The notes under the pieces: generated by a model
Database searches by the model: none
Told to the model about the DNA's origin: nothing
The model's input: only the letters and a program-made list of their open reading frames with translations
Source of the DNA: the human T2T-CHM13v2.0 reference genome, Homo sapiens
Length of the DNA stretch: 64,000 bases
Reading direction: 5' to 3' (one strand)
Assembly: GCF_009914755.1 (NCBI RefSeq)
Contig: NC_060940.1
Part shown: piece after piece, positions 52,241 through 64,000 of the stretch
Layout: every line of letters starts with the position of its first letter
Numbering within the stretch: position 1 is the stretch's first letter
Made by a program: the position numbers and the translations under genes

Positions 52241-53821
52241 ACCACATAAAACAAATTGACATACATAAAAATTAGAAATTTATTGCCTCTGACATAATTA
52301 AAAGTCTCCGGGAGCATTTTGCTTCAGGTATGGCTGGAGTCAACTGCTTAAAGGATGCCATTAGGTCTGTCTCTGGCACCCTCCATCTTTTTTCTGTGCT
52401 TTCTTCAATTTGGTCTCACTGAGAGACTCTCCCTGTATGAGGTGGCAAACATGGCCTCTGCACCTCCAGACTGACATCCTCCCAGCTTGGCAATTACCAA
52501 GAAAAGCAAATACCATTCCGTAACAGTTCCATCTCAAGATTCTGCAACAGAGTCACATTGGCTCAGACCCACACTGGACCAATCACTGTGGCCAGGGGAT
52601 GAACACTCTGATTGGCCAGACTAGGTCATGGGTCCTTCCCAAGGGCTACAGATGGATGCGGCTGGTTCCCCAAAGAAGATCAAAGTTACTAGAATAATGT
52701 AAAATGGATGTTATTCAAGTCAAACTAACAGGTGTGCCCCCTGCCCAGGGAATGCTTGGGACTGTCCATACTGATACCTTGCTTTGGGGTTTCCCTGGCT
52801 TTGGGGACCAGGCAGAGCTCAGGCAGTAGCTCTGAGCACACATAAACACCCTTTTAGGAGGGTCCCATGGCTTCTACCTCCAGAGACTCACCCAGAGTGG
52901 GGCGGTAAGAGGGAAGAGTAGGGGAAATCTGGCCATCCTTCCCCTCTGGGGCTGCTGGTGCCAAGTTTCTGGCTGGAGCTTCTCTTTAGAAGACTGGATC
53001 ACAAAGCTCTGGAAATGGGCATTTGGGATGGAAACACAGACACACAGTTAATTACAGCATCATGCTTGGCGCCACCCTAATTAAGGCAGTTCCCTGGTGG
53101 AGGCCAAGATTTAAAGTTCTCTCTTTCACAGTGCCTGGTGGCAAGCAGGCAGCCCTGTCTTCTCCCCTCCCTCTGAGGATCCCCTTCTTCCTGGCTGGGT
53201 GGGGAGAGCACCCGGCTTGCTGGCAGGCAGATGAGAAAGGCTGCCTAGGCTCTGTGAGAGGAACACATCTGCCCTCCCAGAACATGGGATAGGACAAGTA
53301 GGGACAGTGTGAGGGGCAGAAATGTCAATCCTGGATCTCTCCTGCTGGGAGATGGTGGGCGGGACAGTCATGTTCCACCTCAAAGAAAAAGGTTAGAATT
53401 ATCTTGGCTCAGGACCTTCCTGAAAGCACGAAATGGCTTCCAGAGGGCACTGGTGACCTTGGAGGCCAGGAACACCATCAGATTGCCGTGTTTGGCTTCG
53501 TAGGGGATGTGGAACCCAATATGCTCAGCCAGACTTCCAATGTCCTTGGATCCCACCATGCTCTGACCCAACCTAATTTAAATAGAATAGGAAGGGCAGA
53601 TTTGCTGCCAAAAATTATATTAAAAACTGCATAGAATTTCTCTTGAAACCAACAGAATTTCCTTCCATTATCCACAATGTAGAATTGTCTGGTTCCATTA
53701 GGAATTCACAAGATCACAGAGCTGGCAGGAACATAAAAATCACTTCATATTTAGAGGTGAAAAAATTGAGGCCAAGAGAGATTTCCCTATGATCCCAGGC
53801 TGTGTTAGATTAGTGTAGATG

Positions 53822-54005
53822 ACAGCTGGCAAATAAATCTCACCTTGAGTGCCAATGCTGAATGATTGGACAGCTGGAGGCTGTGCTGTTAATGATTCTA
53901 AGGTCTTTATCTTGCTCAGTGGGAAATAGACTCTTGATTGGTAATGTCTGCCATGGGCACTGGAGGGAGGATGGTGGTTCATGTGCCAGGCTTTTGCCAT
54001 CTTGT
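53822..54005 (-). mobile_element. MER102-like hAT element
   Basis: tgattggtaatgtctgccatgggcac; tttgccatc termini. Confidence 0.7.
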
Positions 54006-54554
54006 CTAGATGTCAAAGGGGTACTTGGACATTGACCCTGAAAGTAGGCAATCCTGGAGGTTTTGTCTGTGTGGATAAACTGAAACCCAGAATAGGTTTA
54101 CCAAGAAGGGCATAAAATCCATGAAACTCTTCATTGAAGGGTCACCAAATTGCTATGAGGGGTTGATGGCCAGGATTACAAAGTGGGAATTCTCAAGGTT
54201 TTTCACTTTAATACAGTGCTTGGGCTTCTGATACAGCTTGGGCTCTGTCTCTGTGGCCCTCCCCAGCCTCCAGAGCTGTGTGTCCTCTAGGCCTGTGCTC
54301 CTTCAGGGGCTGTGGTCAGTGGTCCTGCTGGGATAGCAGGCCACAGAGGATGGAAAGCTTGAGTTGAAAGGCCAACGCTGAAGGCCTGAGTATTAGGAGA
54401 TCTAAGTTCTCCTCCTGCATCTGCCATCATCACTGTGTAAACAGAACAAGCCTCTTCCTTCCTAGAGCCTCGTCTATACATTGGATGAAGGTCCCAGTGG
54501 TCTCATGGATTCCAACAAACTGTTACACTTGACCCATCACATAGTCCAGTTTTA

Positions 54555-56400
<1,846 letters not shown>

Positions 56401-56461
56401 TTAATTTCCTAGCAAGGCCTGAAAGATTGAAATAGTACTATGGATGGGTAATTAAAACAAA

Positions 56462-56587
56462 TTTTTCTTTTGAGATGGGGTCTTGCTGTGTTGCCTAAGC
56501 TGGCCTTGAACTCTCGGGCTCAAATGATCCTTCTGCCTCAGCCTCCCAAGTAGCTGGGATTAGAGGCATGTGTCACTATACCTGGCT
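56462..56587 (-). mobile_element. FLAM-like Alu monomer
   Basis: Monomeric Alu. Confidence 0.8.
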
Positions 56588-56624
56588 GACAGGGTCAATT
56601 TTTTTTTGTAGGTTAAATGAACTT

Positions 56625-57280
<656 letters not shown>

Positions 57281-57784
57281 AGGGTAGTTTTTTAAATTAT
57301 TTTTTCTCTTGGTTATTTTCTTTCTTTTCAATATAATCTATAGGTTCACAAGAAGGATAACTTTTGATGGAAGAAGGAATACAGATGGAAAGGCCTAAGG
57401 CTGAAGCCATGTGGTAGGTCTGATTTCTCTCCATCTGAGTGGTCTCTTTTTTCTATCTGGCACCACGTGGGCTTCATCCATGAGCTTCCAATAGCCCTGC
57501 CTTGCCCTCATTGCTCTAGGGCCTCCTCTTGTGTTGCCAAAATAGAGGGAGTGGGAATGTCTTCACCTTAACTGAGCATCTTTACAGCACACTCTCCAGA
57601 AAAAGAGTCTTTCCCCAACTGTCCTGCCAAGATCCAGGGCCTGGCTCCCACTGGAATCCAGAAGCCAGGGATGGAGCCTGGGCAGACCCCCTTTCCTAGC
57701 ATGAAGCTGTTCTCAACCCAAGGAATGGAGCCCCACAAGTGACCCCAGCAAACCATCTGAGACTCTGAGAATAAGGATGGTCAT

Positions 57785-59007
57785 TGTGACCTGAGTGACC
57801 AAAATAGACACCCCTTTATCAACTAACACAGACCCAAAGTTAAGGAAACAAAGTTACCTACAGATTGAGGGTTCAGGGTCCTCCTGCCTGGCAAATTTCT
57901 AAATTCCTACACTGAAACGCTCCAACAAGAGGAGCTGTCAGCTCTGATTTGGAGAGGATCAGCCTTCCAAACATTCTCTTCTGATAAGCGAGTATAGTCT
58001 ATGGCCATCCCACACTGAACATGCCCAATGTTGTCTGATAAACTACTATAGACCGTAGGCCAGTTTCCATGGCCTACAGAGGCTGTGCAGAAACTGACCT
58101 TGTGTCCTATAGCTTCCCCTTTGATGTAAAGAGCCAATTCCACCTCATTTTAATGCTAAAACCTTTCCCCAAGGTGAACATGGGATGTATGTCACATACA
58201 TGTTTACCCATGATACACAAGCTTGGCTCCCCTCATAAATATGCATAACTTTTCCCCCAAATCTGCTGAATATGTATGACCCCGGCCCTGGGAGGCATAA
58301 AACCCAACACATCCTTCCTTCCTCTCTTGGAAGAGAGAGCACTTTCAGTCCACGATGGAGACTCTCTCTTCCCAGTGTGTAAGCCAATATCACCAATAAA
58401 GCTCTCTTTCTACTTTTTAGCCATCCTGTCAGAGGCATTTGAACCAGCCCAACTCCATCTTGAATAGGGGCTGGGTAAAATAAAGCTGAGACCTACTGGG
58501 CTGCTTTCCCAGGAGGTTAAGTCATTCTCAGTCACAGGATGAGATAGGAGGTCAGCACAAGATCCAGGTCATAAAGACCTTGCTGATAAAACAGGTTGCA
58601 ATAGAGAAGCTGGCTAAAACCCATCAAAACCAAGATGGCGACAAGAGTGACCTCTAGTCGTCCTCACTGCTACACTCCTACCAGAGCCATGACAATTTAC
58701 AAATGCCATGGCAACATCAGGAAGCTATCCTATATGTTCTAAAAAGGGGAGGCATGAATAATCCAGCCCTTGTTTAGCATATACTCAAGAAATAACCATA
58801 AAAATGGGCCTCCAGCAGCCCTTGGGGCTGCTCTGTCTATGAAGTAACCATTCTTTATTCCTTTATTTACTTTCTTAATGACCTTGCTTTCACTTGACTC
58901 TATGGACTCGCCCTGAATTCTTTCTTGTGCTAGATCCAAGAACTCTCTCTTGGGGTCTGGATCTGGACCCCTTTCCAGTAACAATCCTGGTGGTCTTTTG
59001 GATGACA
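57785..59007 (+). mobile_element. MER39-like LTR interrupted by MER41A
   Basis: cccctttatcaactaa..gttaaggaaacaaagttaccta; ends ggtcttttggatgaCA; TSD tcat/tcac. Confidence 0.75.
58427..58983 (+). mobile_element. MER41A solo LTR
   Basis: TGTCAGAGGC..ccagtaaCA, perfect TSD ATCC; lacks the GAS segment. Confidence 0.9.
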
Positions 59008-59723
59008 TCACTCGGAATGCCAGCCAGCTGTCCCCACAGGGCCGTTTCGCTGTCCCCTCAGCGGGTGTGCCGTTGGGCTTGTCTCCACCTCACTTCGACT
59101 TTCTCCTAACTTCTGCCCACTCTTTCCTGACTCCTTATGGCCCTCTCCCCTTCATAGCCTCTCAGCTTCTGCTCCTTCTCCTCACAGACTTTCCCCTCAT
59201 GTTTCCTGGTCCAGAAGAGGAGCTGAGGGTGCAGGAGGTTTACCGCCCTGTGGAAGGGCAGGACGAAGGCAGCCCCAGGCAGAGCGAGAGTGAGTTGTGC
59301 CGTAGTCTCAATGAGGAGTCCTGAAGCTGGGAGAGCCCTTTGTAGCTGTCCTGGGTAGGGACGAGGGGTTGGGCCTTTATGACCTTGTGCTTCCCAGTTA
59401 TTAGACGCAGCTGCCCCAGGAAGGAGGTGTGATGTGGGGCGAGGTGACTTGCTTCATAAAAGCAATTCCAAAGGGGGCTGGCAGCTGGGGGCCGTCTGCC
59501 AGCTGCACTTCCAGGCGCTGAAGGGCCTTCAGTCCTTCAGTTCTGAAGAAGAACCCCCTGTGCCTCCTTCTCTGCCCCAATCCTTTCCCCTCATTCTTGC
59601 TTCCCTGGGATTGTGTCTACCAGGAAAGCATCAGCAGGTGAGCTTTGACTCAGGCTCTGCTTTCTACGGTGATAGGGTTCAGATGTTTGTCCCCTCCAAA
59701 TCTCAGGTTGAAATGTGACCTCT

Positions 59724-60531
<808 letters not shown>

Positions 60532-61694
60532 TTACCGTATAACATGGCTGCTTCCCCTTTACCTTCTGCCATGATTGTAAGCTTCCTGAGGCTCTCACCA
60601 GAAATAGATGTGGGTGCCATGCTTGTACAGCCTGCAGAACTGTGAGACAAATAAACCTATTTTATTTTTCTTTTCTGTATTTTTTTTTTAAGTAGAGATG
60701 GGGTTTCATCATGTTTGCCAGGCTGGTCTTGAACTCCTGACCTCAAGTGATTCACCCGCCTCAGCCTCCCAAAGTGCTGGGATTACAGATGTGAGCCACC
60801 TCACCCGGCCTATTTTCTTTATACATAACTCAGCCTCAGGTATTCCTTTCTAACAATGCAAAGCTGACTGATATGGAATCTGGGTTAAGACACCCACTAA
60901 ACCACCCATCCTGGTTGGGAAGGAGATCTTTGTATCAAGATATACCATAGGATCTTGGCTAGCCTGTGACATAACTTCTCTTAGGTCAGGTGACTGACTC
61001 TCAACCAATCACCTCTGGACAGATATAAGCCACCTGGGCTCCAGGGACAGATGGTCTCTTCTTTTTTCAGGAGGAGACTGTGAGCATGACAAGCCCCAGG
61101 ACTGGCCTGTCCAGTAGAATGGATGCCTACTATTTGATGGGCCTTGACTGGGCGTGGGGGACAGGGAGGGCAGGATGACTTAGACATGGTTTCTGTTTAG
61201 GGAGCCCCCAGTCCAGCAGAGTCAACCGTCTTTTCTTCTCATAGCCCATGCAGGGGAACCCTAATTAGAGGCAAACACCCCTGACTGTTCCCACTCATCC
61301 CTGCAGTCTCAGGGGGGTGAACTGTGAATGCTCAAAGCCCATTATGGTGGTCAATGATTGGTTTGGGTCTGGACATGAGATTCGGCTTGGTCAATGGCTC
61401 CAAGGGGAAGTCTCCAAGCTAGGATCTGGGAAAGGAATTCCTCACCAATGAAACAGCACATGAGAGGAAATGCCTCATTTTGCTGAACTGTGTGGGATTG
61501 TCTGCAAAGACTGCAAGTGCAGTATGACTAGCGGCGGGGGGACCTGGTGGACATGGTGAGGACAGCATCTTTGATGATGTCACCTGAACCACAGAACAAA
61601 CCCACCCCACAACAGCTCTGTCTCTGGGCTTGCAGTTATATGATGTGACTAACATTCCTATTTTGCAACAGCTATGAAGGAGGTCTCTGAAGCC

Positions 61695-61882
61695 TAATTG
61701 CCTGCTGTGTGACCTTGGGCAGATGCTTAACCTGTCTTGCCTTGGTTTCTTCATCTGGAAAGTGGACATAAAATAAGACCCAACTCATAAGGCTGCTAGG
61801 AGGTGTAAACATGTTTATATATGTGAAGGGCTTATAACAGTGCCTGGCACGCAGGAAATGGTGTACAAGTGTTGGCTGTTAT
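61695..61882 (+). mobile_element. MIR
   Basis: gctgtgtgaccttgggcagatgcttaacct..acagtgcctggcac. Confidence 0.8.
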
Positions 61883-61949
61883 TGAGTTCCCCTTTAAAAA
61901 TAGATCTTAGGTAGACAGAACTGGATTAATCATGAGCCTTGATTCATGA

Positions 61950-62265
61950 CATGCCACTGGGATATTTATTAAAATAACGAACACCCATGAACCCATCACT
62001 CAACTCAAGAACTAGAATATTGCCAATAGTGATTACTCCTCCATATGTGCTCCTCTCGAACTGGCCCCATGACCACCTCCCTGCATTTGCCCCTAAGATA
62101 AGCACGGTCCTGAATTCTGTGTTTCTCATTCCCTTGTATGGGTTTGTATAGTTTTATCACATGTAAATGTATATCCAGACAACGTATTGCTTTGTTTTGC
62201 CTGCTTTTGAGCCTCACAAAAAGGGTACACTCTACACAGTCTTCCGGGAGCTTTCCTTTCTGCAA
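61950..62265 (-). mobile_element. Old L1 (L1ME-like) 3' end
   Basis: aacacccatgaacccatcactcaactcaagaactagaatattgcca. Confidence 0.65.
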
Positions 62266-63109
62266 AGACGCTTTTACTGGGTTTTCTGCTTCTCGCGGCT
62301 AAAGGCACTCCAATCACATAGCATCTTCTAGAAGGGAGGAAGAAAAGCCTACTTTCAACAGACAGAAACGCAAGTTAGATCTTTTCTTCTTTCCTGTTTC
62401 TTGCACTTCATTTGGCTATGGATCTGTTCTGGGTCTCCCAAGGGTCACTGCAGAAATGCCTTCCTTCTGAATTAGTGTGTGAGGGGGTTCATGTGCTCCT
62501 GGCTTGGCTGCCCTGCTGGCACGGGGTCCAGGTATGAGAGACCCTGCTCAGAGCCCCAAGCCACACGGAGAAGCCTCGGCCCCTGAGGAATTTTTCTGAT
62601 GCTTTTGAATCTCCCCTGGGAATCATTTTCCCCTTTCCATCCCAAATATGGGCTGAGGCTCTGGAAGGCGTGGGAGAACTAATTTGACGTGAGTGTAAAC
62701 ACTTCCATGCCAGTGGAACCTTGGCCAGCAGGAATTCCAAGCCATCCAAGAATTCTGCCAACCTAGAGTTGGACTTTGGCTGGGACCCTCTGGTGTAGCT
62801 ACTTTTAGCTGGGAACATTTTTTTCCCAGACTCTGGGAGGCCACACTTGAAGGATTACAATTTCCTCAACAAAGACCCCACGGTGACAAGGGGCATTTCT
62901 GCATTGAGTTAACCATTTACATGCCTGCCTCCCAAATTTCCCTGTTTTAGGGGGTGGCATCTACCTAATTGCTAAGACCCAGGGCTCAGGAGGCAAAGAA
63001 ACCTGGCTCTACTTCTGGGTCTACCTCTTATTGAGAGGATAATAATACCTGCCTCTAGAGATGCGAGGATCAAATGAAATAATAATATATATAAAAATAC
63101 TTGCATATG

Positions 63110-63475
63110 GTAGTGCTTGTACCAGTCAGTCCAAGCAAGGCTGTGCTGCAGTAGCAAGCATCCCTGCAAGCTCAGTGGCTAATCACTACAGAAGTTTATT
63201 TTTCACTCCCATGAAGCTTGCTGTAGGTCCAAGACCACCCTCCGGGGCAGACTTCTTCTAGATGTGATACATAATCCAGAAGATCAAATTGCAGCTCCAT
63301 CACTTCAACTCAAAGCCTCCATGTTCACTGTGGCAGAGGAAGAAATTAACTAAATAATTGGCCAGAACATTTCTGCTCTCAGTTAACTAGCCAAGACTAG
63401 CCCATGGTTCCACCTCACAGCAAGGGTACTGGGATATATAGTTTTCTGTATGTCCAGGAAGGAAAACTGAGCCTG
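63110..63475 (-). mobile_element. MLT1-family LTR
   Basis: ggctgtgctgcagtagcaa..tcagtggct..gtttattttt; ggccagaac. Confidence 0.55.
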
Positions 63476-63889
63476 ATGTTGCAGAGCATTGTAACGTCAA
63501 CCACAGTGTTTAATCAACATTAGTTTCCTGCCTTTATTTTCCACCCCCAAAGAGTTTAGAACCTATTTGAGGTGACAAGCATGTATAGATGAAAAGATCA
63601 ACATATTTTCCTTTATTCCTTAGAAGCATGCCATCCTTTGCATCATACAGAAGGCTTTTTCAGCCTCATTTCCACAGTACCCTCGGCAGCATTTTCCTTC
63701 TGGAACCCTAGGGAAGGGAAGACAGGGAATACAGTGATGGAGGCCTAATCAATGACTTGACAGGCAAGTGTCAGAACAGGCTGGCTTTTCAGAGAATGGC
63801 CAACTGCCCCAAGCCTCCAAGGAGGATAGAACATGAGGCGGGTACCTCCAGGGTTCCTTGTGGACAGAAAAAACAATGACAACCTCTCC

Positions 63890-64000
63890 CGTCCATTGAA
63901 TGTTTACTGTGTGCCAGACATCATGCTAAATGCTTCATGTGTCATCACTGAGGTGGTTATTATTAGCACCCCAATTTAACCAATGAGAAAATTGAGGCTC
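63890..64000 (-). mobile_element. MIR (runs off the window)
   Basis: ttactgtgtgccagac..aatgagaaaattgaggctc. Confidence 0.75.

Overview
Human genomic DNA; a near-consensus AluYa5 at 60023 indicates human. The window is roughly half to two-thirds interspersed repeats: about 27 Alus, several L1/L2/MIR copies, many solo LTRs and a few DNA transposons. I can support no protein-coding gene, tRNA or rRNA, and I cannot name the locus. It reads as an intergenic or regulatory interval. The most structured area is 31.4-34.6 kb, which contains: (1) a 10-copy 36-bp hairpin-containing minisatellite; (2) an orphan CpG island with a perfect inverted pair of TCF/LEF sites and four GCCGCCA Helper sites, a candidate Wnt-response element; (3) a 288-codon minus-strand ORF running from the island through the repeat; (4) a stray repeat unit on the far side of the island; (5) a homeodomain/SOX-motif block; and (6) a recent 33-bp-stem hairpin inside an old L1. 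Other highlights are an old LTR40-type LTR carrying a decayed APOA4-like coding fragment, a twin-primed L1, a MER41B/MER41A pair with and without STAT sites, and a 325-bp pyrimidine tract grown from an Alu tail. Repeat family names come from recalled consensus sequences, not from a search, and boundaries without TSDs are approximate.
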